Shown piece after piece: positions 45,457 to 57,207 of a stretch of 64,000 bases of DNA. This stretch comes from Cladosporium halotolerans (lineage: Eukaryota): contig NW_027191463.1 in NCBI RefSeq assembly GCF_011745625.1, positions 496,001 to 560,000 of the forward strand, in the 5' to 3' direction. The notes under the pieces were generated by a model. It made no database searches and was not told where the DNA came from. It saw nothing but the letters and a program-made list of their open reading frames with translations. Each line of letters opens with the position of its first letter. The stretch's first letter is position 1. The translations under genes and the position numbers were made by a program.

Positions 45457-47502
45457 CTAAAGCTTCTCCAAAAGCATCCTCGCGCCGGCGTTGCCCTTCG
45501 GTCCCTCAGGCTTGGCCTTTTTATCCTTGCCCTTGGCCTTCTCCGGCTTGCTTCCAGCGGCGGCCTCGAGCTGCTTCTTGCCCTTCTTCAAGGCAGTCAT
45601 GACCTCTTTCTTCACATCAGCCGGCACGTCCTCGCTCTCCGTAAGAGCCACAACCACAAAGCTGGACGCACTACATGCCCATGCAAGAACGTCATCCTTG
45701 ATCACCGGCCACAGCGTGCTAGCGAAGCCAAGCCTTGACTCGGCGAGCTTGACGGTCTTGGTTGCGGGATCGAAGTTGCCACCAAGCACGAGGGTCTTGA
45801 ACATGCGGCCTGCCGCGGGCTGGTTGGCGATGTGGCCCTCGGCTGTTGGGTCGCCAGCGGCGAGGGAGGCGACAGCTGTCTTGGCTTCTTCCTTGTCGGC
45901 AGAGGCCTCGAGGAGAGTCTCGGAAACAAATTGGCAGCCGATGGTGGTCTGAACAAGGTTCTCTGCACGTTCACTGACGAGTTCGAGCAGCGGCTTCGAC
46001 AGGTAGTCTATCAAGCCCTTGCGGCGAAGCTCGGGAGCCTTTTTGCTGGTGGTCTTCCGGACCTCTGTAACCTCCTCCATGAGAGCCTTGTCAGAGTCTC
46101 TTGTGATGAGCCATTTGGCGGGACCGCAGATGGGAAAGAGGATGGGCAGGCGAGCGTTTAGATCGCTAACCACACTCTCGAGCTTGTTGAGTCTCTCCTC
46201 TTTATCTTCAATCTTCTCGCCAAGGAGCTCTCTGTAAATCACCTTCGTGGTCATGGTCGTATCATCGGGAACCTCCAGGCCAGCAACCAGCACCATCTTT
46301 GCGTTCGTGTCAAAAGCCATCATATCAACGGTCTCTTTGCTGAAGACCCTCAGTAGAATCTTCCTGTCCTTTGCGGTTCCGTGTGCCAGCGCAAGGCAGA
46401 CCAGCCTGCTGCCAGATTTGGTGAAAGCCAGGTTCTTGTACAGATCACCGCCACCGCCTTCCGATTCGGCATCAATGTCGCCCATCATCTCTTCCAGGAA
46501 GCCACGCTGCTCTTCGCTTCCATGGGGGAGCGCGAGGAAGTACTGCAGCATAGCGTCGTGCAACATAGTGAAGCCTGTCATCTTCTTCTGAACCAGAGAG
46601 TTGATAAGCTGGTGGAGGTACTGGAGGATAGGCCTGCGCTTTTCCGGGTTCGCTTCAAGGATCTTCGCCAGCTCTGCTGTCTCTTCTGCACTCTTACTCG
46701 CCGAAACCTTCGCGTCGGACTTGCGATGGAACAGCGCAAATTCAGCCCCATACCACTCGCGGAGCATCGCATCCTTCTGCTCGCGGGTCGCGACCTGGCG
46801 ATAGATGTCGTCCACAATCCAGGAAGCCTCGGGATGGTTGATCAGACGCCTGACGTGTCCGTAGAACTCGGGCACAATCATGTCCCTGGTCTCCTGATCG
46901 CCCTCCACGACCATCTTAGCAACTAAGAACTTGCCGTACCTGCTTTCTGCCAGCGTACGAAGATCTCCCTGCAGCTCCCTTGTAATGTTCTTCCTCTGCT
47001 CCATGTTCGCATACTTGAGCGCGCACTGAATCACGCGCACGCTGTCGTGCTTGAAGACGAAGTCGCGGACACGGCCGTTGATGATGGCGAAGAGCTCGCC
47101 AACCAACTCCTTGCGCTCCTCCTTAGGCACATGCGATTTCCTCCGAAGCCTTTCCCAGATTTTTTTCGAGCGTCCGATGATGTCTGCGTTCGGTTTAGCA
47201 GCCTTGCGCTCCTTCGCAAGAGCACGCTGCTTCGCGTGGGCCTCGGCGGACGAGCCGTCGAGCTTGAACTCCTTCGAGTCGCCAGAGCCATTCGCGGGAA
47301 CCGGTCGCTTGGGAGGCTGGCTGGTGTCCTCGGCATTCTCGTCTTCCATTTCCTCGTCATTGTCGTCCGAGCTGTCTGGTTCCGGGAAGTGGTCCAGCTG
47401 TGCGGCCTTGACAGGCTTCTGTGTTTTCGACTCGCCGGTCTTGGATTTTTTTGCAGACTTGACACCGTTCGACGGCGGGTCCTTGCGCTTGATTGCACCC
47501 AT
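45457..47502 (-). CDS. PUF6: Pumilio-homology nucleolar protein Puf6
   Basis: ERKAAKPNAD, KKIWERLRRKSHVP, FVFKHDSVRVIQCALKY and HPEASWIVDDIYR. First plausible ATG at 47502. Confidence 0.93.
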   Translation of the reverse strand: MGAIKRKDPPSNGVKSAKKSKTGESKTQKPVKAAQLDHFPEPDSSDDNDEEMEDENAEDTSQPPKRPVPANGSGDSKEFKLDGSSAEAHAKQRALAKERKAAKPNADIIGRSKKIWERLRRKSHVPKEERKELVGELFAIINGRVRDFVFKHDSVRVIQCALKYANMEQRKNITRELQGDLRTLAESRYGKFLVAKMVVEGDQETRDMIVPEFYGHVRRLINHPEASWIVDDIYRQVATREQKDAMLREWYGAEFALFHRKSDAKVSASKSAEETAELAKILEANPEKRRPILQYLHQLINSLVQKKMTGFTMLHDAMLQYFLALPHGSEEQRGFLEEMMGDIDAESEGGGGDLYKNLAFTKSGSRLVCLALAHGTAKDRKILLRVFSKETVDMMAFDTNAKMVLVAGLEVPDDTTMTTKVIYRELLGEKIEDKEERLNKLESVVSDLNARLPILFPICGPAKWLITRDSDKALMEEVTEVRKTTSKKAPELRRKGLIDYLSKPLLELVSERAENLVQTTIGCQFVSETLLEASADKEEAKTAVASLAAGDPTAEGHIANQPAAGRMFKTLVLGGNFDPATKTVKLAESRLGFASTLWPVIKDDVLAWACSASSFVVVALTESEDVPADVKKEVMTALKKGKKQLEAAAGSKPEKAKGKDKKAKPEGPKGNAGARMLLEKL

Positions 47503-48192
47503 TGTTGCGGTTTGCAAAGTGTTATGGAAAATGCTCAAAGAAGGCGGTGCTTGCTTGCGTTCGGCTTTGGAATTTTTTGGGCTTGCGAGGCGCCTAGCGC
47601 GAGATCGGCTCGGCACGGGCTGGACCCTGGCAGTCCGAAGGCATTGATTTATCGCGAAATAAGTCTTCAAGTGATAAATTCAAAAACGATCGTTTGAACG
47701 TCAGTGATCGTGCAGAGAACGCTGAGCGTCAAGTCAGACTTTTGAGAATCTTGATGCAAAAGTAGAAAGCAGCTCGTGCGCGGTAGCATGAAGGGTGAGT
47801 ACTTTTTCGTAATGGCTTAAATATGACAACCCCTATACTCTTGCTACGATCAATCGTAGCATTCTGCCGTTCCCAATATCGTATTCGTCAACAACCGAGG
47901 CAATGGCAATTCTCTTTTCAAGCTGCTGGGTCTCTGTCACTTTCACAAGTCGATCGAGAGGTGCACGTCCGATGATCGCTTCAGATTCAAAGCATAGATG
48001 CAGCCGCTCACAACGAGTAATCAAGGATCAAAGTCGAAAGATCAAATCCTTTTGGAAGTCTATGCAGCGTCGTCTGAACCCACAGATGGCGAAACCATGC
48101 CACCCTTTTGCCGTGTCACATTTTACTCTACCCAGCCAGCCGAACGCCTCGCTATGCATGAACGCCGGTCCTGTCTCCATAACATTCGTCGT

Positions 48193-49364
48193 TTACTCGA
48201 TCTCGCCCGGGAGAAGGTTGCCCTTGACACCGAACATCTTGGCCGAAACGGTAGCGGAGAAACCATCGACCTGGCGGGCGTACTGCTCGACCTGCCTGCC
48301 GACAAGCAGAGCCTCGAGCCTGCTAGGCTCAGTGGGCAGCTTGAAGAGCTTCTGCCACTCGTTCTCGTCAAGGGGCGGCTGCTTGCTGGCCGCGCGTGCG
48401 GCGTTCTCGGCCTTGCGCTTCTGTTGCCACGCGGTGATCTTCTGCTGCTCACGGCCGAGGGCACGCTGCCAGTACTGGAAGTTGTTCTGCTCGGTTTGGT
48501 GGTTCTCGATCGAATCCAGCATCAGGTCGCAGCTCTTTTCGAGGAAAGGGTCGATGCTGAGGTCGAGGGAATCAAGGTTGGGAGCGAAGGGGTTGGAGCT
48601 GACGTCGGGGTCGCGCGAAAGCTCTGCGAGAGAGGAGGGGAAGTCGAGGGCGGTCTTCGCAGGAGGTGCCTGGGGAACCTGGTGGAGGAAGCTGGTGAGG
48701 AGGTGAGAGTTGTGGACCTTGATAGGCAGCTCGATGAGGATATCCTGGTATCTGAGTTTCGACTTCTGGATGCTGTGGGAAACATTAGCATCCGCCAACA
48801 GCGCAGGCTGTTTCCTTTTGACACATACCTCTCGCTGGTGAATTTGCCCTCCTTGTACGCATTCATGAAAACAGGGCTGAGCCTGTAGGCCTTGAGGCCG
48901 AGGCTGCCAGCAGAGCTCCTCGACACGTCAAAGACGAGTGCGACCGACTTCTCATCCGAAGCCTTCTGGTAAAAGAATTGGTTCTCCACAAAGCTCTGGC
49001 TGATGAAGTTGCCCATGTTTGTGCTCATGTACCATCCCACGCTCTGCGCATCCACGTTGACCTCGCGAAGGAGCTTGATCATCTCATTCTGGTAGGGCAC
49101 GTTGCTCTTCGCGCGCGGAGCGGCAGTGGCCAGAGTCGCAGCATCGGGCTGGTGGTATGAGTCGGCCTGCGCCTGGTCGATCGGGGCTGCGGGCAGAGGG
49201 AAGCTGTTTGTGACTTGAAGCTGGGGGGCGATATCGGTTCCGACGAGGAATCCAGTTGCAGGAGTCGGGAATGTGCTGGTTGCGTGCTTGATGATGCGCA
49301 TAACCACCAGGGCCTCGATCTGAACCTCGCTCAGAGGCGAGGTGGTGTCCGGAGCAGTCGCCAT
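48193..49364 (-). CDS. eIF3h: Eukaryotic translation initiation factor 3 subunit H; intron 48828-48773
   Basis: MPN domain [35 protein letters not shown] and KAYRLSP; C-terminal [12 protein letters not shown]. Confidence 0.95.
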
Positions 49365-50009
49365 TTTTGTAGAACCGAAATTCTCGATGTGAAGTCGGAT
49401 ATCCGGTATGCGGTGACCTTGCGGATTTACAGAGGACGACGGCGTAGGCTGATTTCCCCGTTAATCGTTACTCGTTGGCCCCTCGCAGTGAAGTCGAAAG
49501 CAAATTCCACATCGCGAGTGCGCGGGGCGGAAATTGCCGCTGGCGGAGAGGGAATGGTCCGTGCGATCGCGTTCACTTCCAATCCTACACGACATGGTAT
49601 GGAGTTTCACGCATTTGATACAAGCCAACTAGCCCTCCTCGGCGTTTTTAGGAATCCACTCGCTGAAGAACTGGCATTTCAGTCTTTTCGTTGATCATAC
49701 AAAATCTCAAGAAGCTGCTCTGTGCCGCAGCCAGTGATGTGCAAGTATGAATCCTTTTCGCTGAACAGACCAAGGTCAACTGGGCAAGATTGGATTACGT
49801 GCTCCACTCAATCCATCTTGAACGAACCTTTAGATCAATAAATGGTGAGCAATTCGATCAGCAGTTTGGTTTCGTGATCTCCGGGCGAGCGCGGCGTACG
49901 GCGTACGCGGGGGGCTCCATTGCATCATACCTCATCGACAGATGTTTAGTGCCGTCTCTTATATTTCGAGCATCCTAACTCATCTTCTTGCCATCTGAGC
50001 GCATTTTAT

Positions 50010-50969
50010 ATGTCTCGCGCTGTCACCACACTGTCACGCCGAATCAGAAACTCAGTGGCACGTCGATCGCAATATACTCGCTTTACGAGACCAGCCTCAC
50101 TAACACCTCACTTGGCCATCAATCCACTGTCTTTCACCATTCCCATCTCCGCAAAGATGTCGACCAAACAAGGACTAGACCCCAACCAAGGCGGCGACGC
50201 CACCAAAAAGACCTACAACAAGCAGGCCACCGGTGTGGCCTGGGAAACCGTGCAATCGCACTCCGCCGAGCACGACCTCAAACTCTACGGCTCTTGCTTC
50301 TGCCCCTTCGTGCACCGCGTCTGGATCTCGCTCGAGCACAAGAAGCTCCCCTACCAGTATGTCGAGGTCGACGTCTACCGCAAGCCCAAGCTGCTGCTAG
50401 ACATCAACCCGCGCGGGCTGGTCCCCGCGCTGCGCCACGGCGACTGGGGCTCTTACGAGAGCACTGTGTTGATGGAGTACCTGGAGGATTTGAACGAGGG
50501 CGAGCCGTTGCTACCTAAGGATCCGAAGCTGAGGGCAAACTCACGCCTTTGGGCTGATCATATCAATCGCCACATTATCCCTGTTTTCTACCGCTACTTG
50601 CAGGCGCAGGAGGCGCAGAAGCAGGTGGAGTTTGCGGGCGAGCTGAAAGAGCAGATTGGAAAGCTCGTTGACGCTGCGGATGCTGAAGGGCCGTTCTTTT
50701 TTGGGAAAGATATGACCTTCGTGGACGTGCAGATCGCGCCATGGATTGTGAGGCTGCAGAAAGTGCTAAAGCCGTACCGCGCCTGGCCGGATCCCGAGCC
50801 TGGATCGAGATGGGAGAAGTGGGTGCGTGCTGTGGAAGAAAATGAGGCTGTGAAGAAGACGACAAGTGACGACCAGCTGTACCTCGACAGCTATGAGCGG
50901 TACGCTGAGAACCGACCGAACACCAGCCGGGTGGCTGAAGCGGTCAACTCTGGGAAGGGGTTGCCTTGA
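50010..50969 (+). CDS. Glutathione S-transferase (Cys-type, omega-like); alternative start at 50157
   Basis: LYGSCFCPFVHRVWI, INPRGLVPAL, YESTVLMEYLED and GPFFFG..TFVDVQIAPW. Confidence 0.92.
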   Translation: MSRAVTTLSRRIRNSVARRSQYTRFTRPASLTPHLAINPLSFTIPISAKMSTKQGLDPNQGGDATKKTYNKQATGVAWETVQSHSAEHDLKLYGSCFCPFVHRVWISLEHKKLPYQYVEVDVYRKPKLLLDINPRGLVPALRHGDWGSYESTVLMEYLEDLNEGEPLLPKDPKLRANSRLWADHINRHIIPVFYRYLQAQEAQKQVEFAGELKEQIGKLVDAADAEGPFFFGKDMTFVDVQIAPWIVRLQKVLKPYRAWPDPEPGSRWEKWVRAVEENEAVKKTTSDDQLYLDSYERYAENRPNTSRVAEAVNSGKGLP

Positions 50970-51441
50970 GGGAGGTTATCTTCTCTTGTTTTAACTGAAG
51001 GCAAGTTGGTGATACAAGTATGTACATTCACAATTCTGGAGTACTCTCTCTGGCAGCAACTCTCGTTCACATGCTAGTGTGATGTTGGGGCTCCAGGTTG
51101 TTCGAAGTTGAGACCACAAATGTTTTGGTGGCTTCTCGTTCGCCCCCAGTGACCGGCATGTATCTTTGAAAGCTGCAGGCATGCGAGGGTTGATCAGGCG
51201 CAGTTGCCGGTCGTACGAATTTGATCGACCATGTCTGGCGAGGGATCGATCAAGCCTGCCTCGTGCCGCTCGTCGTCGGTTAAATGCGAGTCACAGCCGG
51301 CGACGTTGTAGGGCTTTTCGCAATGCGGCAAGCCCGGACGTGTTGCGCCAGTCATCTCTTAGAGCTACACTCGTGATTGCGAAATCAAAAGATGCAGCTT
51401 ATTTGACAACCCGATGTAGGTAGTCTCGATTCTCCCATGCT

Positions 51442-52716
51442 TTATTCCATACCGTCCATCAACTCCACCTTGTCAAGCACCATACCTCTCCGTCCAACCC
51501 ACTCTCGCAGATCGTCCCAATCCTGGCCTTCCTCTTCGCCCCTCTTCTCCACGCTCTTGAAGCCCCAAGCACCGGCGACACGATCAACAGCCGCGCGCTC
51601 CTCTTCGCGCACCCAACGTTCCCACAGGGGCACACCCTGCGCCCAAGTGATGCGGTCCATTTGATCGTTGGCAGTTGTTATAGCCACATATCCAGTCATG
51701 CTGACAGCACTGATATAGGTCATAATGCCGGCGAAAGCCATCCAGGTGGCTTGCTGCGGGTCAAGCGTAGGTTGCCAGGTGCTGAATACGCTTGCGAGAC
51801 TGTATGCTGCGACCGGGGCAAGTGCAAGTCCACCGATCGGGACAAGGGCTTGACGCAGGACCTTCGCTTTGCGGAAGGAGGGCGTGCAAAAGCTCGTGTC
51901 TATTATGTCGATTGCCAAAGGGAGATCGTGCGCGGTGATGGCAGCTGAAAGTGCTGTGTTGGCGGTCTTTGGATCAATAGCGGTGTTGATCTTGTCTGGG
52001 GTTGCAGGAGAGAAGGAGACCGAGTTGGACGATGCAGTAGGAATAGATTTGTTGGCATACAGAGAAAAAATGTCAGGGAAGCTGGAGGGTTGATGCAGGA
52101 GGGTTTGAAGCTCGGCATATTGTGCGAGAATGGCAGGTGTTATGAAGATGTTCGGGTGGCGCATCATTTCTTCGGCTTTCTGACTGATCAAGGCAAGGAG
52201 AGCAGCCTTGGTGACCGAGGATGGGGCCTGCCTGGTGTTTACAGAACCCAAAAGGGCAGACGCGGCTGTACCGCTGCGTTTCTGCTGAGAAGCAGCGCTT
52301 ATGGTTTTGGCATCGACAAGGCCTTTTGCGATCGAATCCAAGTGCTCCAAAACGTATAATACGCGCTGCTCTGAAGGGACAGGGCCATCCTGGGGCTTGA
52401 GTGCGCTGGCAGCGAGTTCTTGAACGCGCAAGTGAACGGCATTGAGATCGGAGGTAGAGGGTGAGCCCTGAGCGGAAACAGAGTGGTCCTGCGCGACGGA
52501 TGCGGTCGCGTATTGTCTATAGGAACCCTGGGGTAGCGGGCATGCGTTTCTGGGAGGTTGTACGTTGTACGGTGCGCGGGTGCTGAGGTTTCGCTTCGTG
52601 TATGTCTGCGCCAAAGGAGCCAGTGGCCGCCATTGGCGTGAAGATGTGCTGATGGTCTGACTATTCCTCAACGCTGCGAGGCAGTCGCTGCGTCCTGCTG
52701 CTCTTCGAACCTCCAT
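51442..52716 (-). CDS. Conserved hypothetical protein, probably mitochondrial membrane
   Basis: Arg/Ser-rich N-terminus from ATG 52716; two C-terminal TM segments; YVAITTANDQMDRITWAQGVPLWERWVREEERAA..AWGFK. Confidence 0.8.
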   Translation of the reverse strand: MEVRRAAGRSDCLAALRNSQTISTSSRQWRPLAPLAQTYTKRNLSTRAPYNVQPPRNACPLPQGSYRQYATASVAQDHSVSAQGSPSTSDLNAVHLRVQELAASALKPQDGPVPSEQRVLYVLEHLDSIAKGLVDAKTISAASQQKRSGTAASALLGSVNTRQAPSSVTKAALLALISQKAEEMMRHPNIFITPAILAQYAELQTLLHQPSSFPDIFSLYANKSIPTASSNSVSFSPATPDKINTAIDPKTANTALSAAITAHDLPLAIDIIDTSFCTPSFRKAKVLRQALVPIGGLALAPVAAYSLASVFSTWQPTLDPQQATWMAFAGIMTYISAVSMTGYVAITTANDQMDRITWAQGVPLWERWVREEERAAVDRVAGAWGFKSVEKRGEEEGQDWDDLREWVGRRGMVLDKVELMDGME

Positions 52717-53095
52717 TGCGTCGATGCTTTCTTGCCAAAGGTGTTGACCGAGCCTCCTTGCCCTACCTTCCTCACAAACGCGGCGCGAGTGAAAGTGAAG
52801 CTTCGGATACCGGCTCATGGCTCGGCGCGGTGGCCGGCCTGCGCCTCGACATCGTGGGAGTGTGGCGCAACTTGGGCAGTGACGACGGCGGGCTGACGGG
52901 GCCAAGCCCGACCTCGACTGCAGGTACCTGGAGGTTGCACACGCGCAAGGCCACCATCTTTCACAACACCCACTCGCTGCCAGTCTTCCAGGCACTATCG
53001 CCTACCTTCCACAGTCATATCTACACCAAGTCAAAGCGCAGCGTAATCACAGGCTCTAGGCTGGAAGCCACGCCCAAATTGGGAATCACGGCATT

Positions 53096-54644
53096 ATGCC
53101 TCCTCCACCACCACCTCCACCTTCACCCCCGCCTATGCCTGGCGGCGCCGGAGGTGAGTGCAGAATCACTACATTCCATTGCTCGGGGGAAGCGAATCGC
53201 TAAGTATTGTCTAGGGCCTCCGCCTCCACCGCCGCCGCCGCCTGGAGGTTTACCGTCGAGACCACCAAACAAGGAAGTCAAGGGAAGAGTATGTTATTTC
53301 CTTGCCTGCTGAGACAAAGAAAGGGGAACCTGGCAAGATGGCGAACGCGATGAGCATGTTTCTAACAAGATTGGACAGGGCGCTCTGCTTAGCGACATCA
53401 ACAAGGGCACAAGGCTAAAGAAAGTTGGCGTAGTAAACGACCGCTCAGCACCGATTCTTGATAGCAAACCTAACAACAATGCTGGACCTCCAATGGGCGG
53501 TGCTCCACCTGTACCGGGTCTTCGACCACCTGCCCCTAACAGAGCGCGGAGTAACAGCGATCAAGGACAAGGGAGCAGTTCAGGAGGAGGGATGGAGCCA
53601 GCGGCACCACAGTTAGGAGGGCTGTTCGCGGGAGGAATGCCTAAGTTGAGAAAATCTGGTGGTGTAAAGACGGGCGCATATGATTCAGATCCGGAGCCTT
53701 CATCACGGAGTGTATCAAGTCCACCTCCCAAAGCCCCAGCGCCGCCTATGCCGGGCGGAGTAGCTCCTAGACCACCCGGCGCACCTCCTCCTCCACCAAG
53801 CGCAGCTCCTCCTCCTCCCAGTGCAGCTCCTCCTCCGCCTGGCGGCGTAGCTGCTTTGAAGAACAATCTCCGCCCTGCAAGTCAAGCGTCGCTCTCTACA
53901 ACCGACATAGCCGCAAGCAAGCCGAAACCCCCTCGCCCAGCAAGCAAGAAACCTCCGGTGCCACCACCCGCGTCAAGAAAACCTACAGCATCCCCAGCAG
54001 CCGCTCCGCCACCACCGCCCCCTGCTCCGCCAAGTTTTGGCGCACCATCACCGACTCCGCCAGCTCCTCCGCCCCCACCTCCACCTGGCGCAGCACCTCG
54101 TCCACCGCCAGCACCCCGAGCGTCAGCGCCCTCCATCCCCCAAGCGCCCCCACCTCCAAGTCCTCGTCCAAACGGCGCCTCCTCACCCGCCTTACCGCCA
54201 CCTCCACCTCCCCAAGCCTCACCACCAGCGAGTCCCGCTCCTCCGCCACCACCTCCTCCCCCTTCAGCTCCTCCCTCACGACCCGCGGTCTCGGCACCGA
54301 GCCCACCGCCTCCACCACCTCCACCCGCAGCGAAATCCCAATCAGCGATTCCCACAGCCGGTGGCCAATCCATCGGCTCAGGGAGCGGCCCGCTGCAGCC
54401 GATGGATGCGTCCGCCTACACGCTGACGAACGGCAGCTCGCCCGCTCTGCAAAGAGGCGGAAGCCATGCTGGAGGCCACAGTAGCGGAGGAGGCGGCGGT
54501 GCGAGGATCGTGATCCAAGACACCAGGTTCAAATTTCAGCCCGACGAATCCCTGCCCATGCCCAGGCAGTTCGGCGGCGGGCCCAAGAGGTACAGGGCTG
54601 GTAGAGGAAGCAGTGTACCGCTGGATTTGAGCGCATTCGAGTAG
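53096..54644 (+). CDS. VRP1: Verprolin / WASP-interacting protein; exons 53096-53153, 53215-53288, 53379-54644
   Basis: N-terminal polyPro; WH2 motif GRGALLSDINKGTRLKKV..NDRSAP; second WH2-like LGGLFAGGMPKLRK; C-terminal RFKF..LPMPRQF..KRYRAGRGSSVPLDL. Confidence 0.93.
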
Positions 54645-56143
54645 AAACAATGTCTGGAAAGGTGTGAAGACTGATTTATGGGATTGCTGCGGCACTGGCG
54701 CCTTGGGGTTGCGACGAACGACGATCCAAAACCGCCAGTCGCTCGCTCGACTCCAAGATCCGCGCTGCAGAGCGAGCGAATAAGCGGGCGGGCGGCCGCG
54801 ACCGCCAACGACCCGAGAATAGCATTGTGGCCATCAAATTGCCCCTAGCAGCATGTATATACAACCCACAAGCGCGCAAATGCTCTTCCCTGTATCACAG
54901 TCATGTACAAGGTAGACACAGCGATCCCCTCCTCGCGATTAGGCCGAGCTCCATCCCGGCTCCCGCGGGATAAACTTACACTCTCTAGCCCTCCCGAACC
55001 ATTTGTACAGCAACCGCAGCACGCGCACGGCTGTCCTCCGGGTGAGACACGCGGCGCAGCGCGAGTTATCTTTGTGTGTATGTGTGGGTGATGTCATTTG
55101 CCCTGGATATCGGAGGATTACAATCTCAGCTCTCTGTCTACCCGCCCCTTTTTTCGAGGGCAACCCGTTAGCGTGCGTAAACCCGAGAGCGCGCATCGTC
55201 GTCGTCGTTGTTGTCGTCGTTGGTATCTTCGTCTCCATCGTCGTCTTCAATGATCGTTGGCGGGTGGGCTCCGCGCGGCCCGACGTCTTGCTTCGGCTCC
55301 AAGAAAATAGATTAGGCCCTTCGGTCGGTCCAATTTGGTGTTCGTATCCTCGCAGCTCGTGCCACCTGCCCTGTGGTGTCGCGGGCCTCCTGGGGTCCAT
55401 TTGATGATTGTCTCTCTTGTCGGGCGCTCGAGTGGGAGGCCGTGTGTCGCGTTGCCCGGTGGCATGTGTTTTTGACGTTTTCGTTTGGGGGGGACGCCGT
55501 CGAGATCTGGTGGTGAGGGCGGCTTATTGAGCTGGGTGAGTAGAAATCCGTCCGGAAGCGCAGAGAATCCGCAGGGAGGGGAGGAAAATGGAAGACCGGA
55601 AGTTCTTATGGGGCTGTGCTGGTTGTCTTGATGGACATCGATGGCGTTCTTGGAGCGGGAGTGGGTCGACGACTTGTTTGCCGATCGCGCTCGGCCTTTC
55701 TGCTCGCGTAAGTCATGGACGGGGATAGAGGCGGCGTGATTGAGGAGAACATGTTTTCTAGCTGGGTCCAAGCTGACGGGAGAGCTTGTGAGAGTGGCTT
55801 GTGGTTGGAAAAAAGGAGGGCGGTTCCAGGTGGGTTGTTGCCGTGATTCGTTGCCTTTGCTTCTTGCCGAATTATTGCAGCGTGAAATGACGCGTAGATG
55901 TTGCTTAGAAAGTCGGTCTCGCAGACAAAGCGGATGCGTTGCATTTTTGAGTGAGAGGAGCCAGCGTAATGTTGGAAATAGTAGGACGAATGTGGTGTTC
56001 TTTCGGAATGGCCCCCAGAACGCCAGCGCTAGTCGGGGAATAAATGTTTGTCCTTCGAAATAGAGAAAGCCGACCGGAGACACATATGAACATGACGAGA
56101 CAAAAACGTTTTCCTTGTCATCACTGTTCATTGCCGCGTAGAC

Positions 56144-57207
56144 TCAGGTCTTGCCAACCGCCACAGCATCCTTGGTAGACCCGTGAGGACCAGAGCTGTC
56201 CAAAGATTGCGCGGACATTTTGCTTGATCGCGAAGATATGGATGTCGCCGCGGAGCCCTTCCTTCGGAATTGGTCGACGCTTTGGGGGTCATATGATGCG
56301 GTTGCGAACGTTTGCGGGAGGCTTCCTCGGTGCAGAGAGTTGTTTCTCCCCCAAACCATTCTAGACTGATCGAAATCATACGCTAAGGAAGACTGCTGAC
56401 TCATGCGCTGGTCTCGAATGGCGTTGTTTTCAATGTTCCAGTTCTCGTTCGGCTGACAGGGTTGCAACGGGATGTTAGAGCCACGCCAATCGAAGATATG
56501 GCTTGGACTAGTAGGCGAGTAACTGCTGTAGTCGTCAAGAGTGCCTCGATTTGCGGGCCTGTGCCAATCAGCCTGTCTGTCTACATGATCAGATCTGGAA
56601 GAATGTACTACCTTTCAGAAGCTTGCGAGAGAGCTGATTCAGACTGATAGCCCCCACTTTCTGTAGGAGACGACTCTCCGCGGATCTCGAAGGCAAGATC
56701 CTCGATTGAAGCGCCCAGGCGGAGTTTTGCCAACAGCATGGTCGAAACATCATCGGTACTGTGGCGCATAGCGTCGACGAGAGTGTCGAGGTCCACAGAC
56801 CGCCCGGTCGCTTCTTGGAGCTTCTTCTTGAGATCAGCAGTTCTGGTCATCCCATCACCAATGTCCCATGAGCACTCAAGGCCGCGTTCACTGCAAAAGC
56901 GACAGACAGGGCGTTGCCCGGAGCACTTCGTCTTCCGCTTCTGGCATTGAACGCAAGCGCTCTTCACAGGCTCTGCTTTCTTCCTCCCAGCTGGAGTGGC
57001 GTGGTCAGAGCCAACATCGCTTGCTGTCCCTTCTGGACTTTTCGAGATGCGCCTTGGATGCAGTCGCGCGGGTTCGTCAGTCATAGGGACATCATAGTCC
57101 TCCGAAACCAGATTTTTGCTCCGGCTGGACGGTCGTTTTGCTGCTGATCGCTCAGTGCCTTGCCCAGTTCGCACAGAGACATGGGCATGGCTTCGCTTGT
57201 TGGACAT
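56144..57207 (-). CDS. Zn(II)2Cys6 binuclear-cluster protein; second exon (about 56576-56144) uncertain, otherwise ends at 56608
   Basis: SACVQCQKRKTKCSGQRPVCRFCSERGLECSW followed by a coiled coil and LLAKLRLG. Confidence 0.8.

Noticed and set aside
53700..54330. CCN-rich repetitive DNA resembling a repeat array
   Set aside because: It encodes the polyproline tracts of verprolin. It is not a CRISPR or satellite array.
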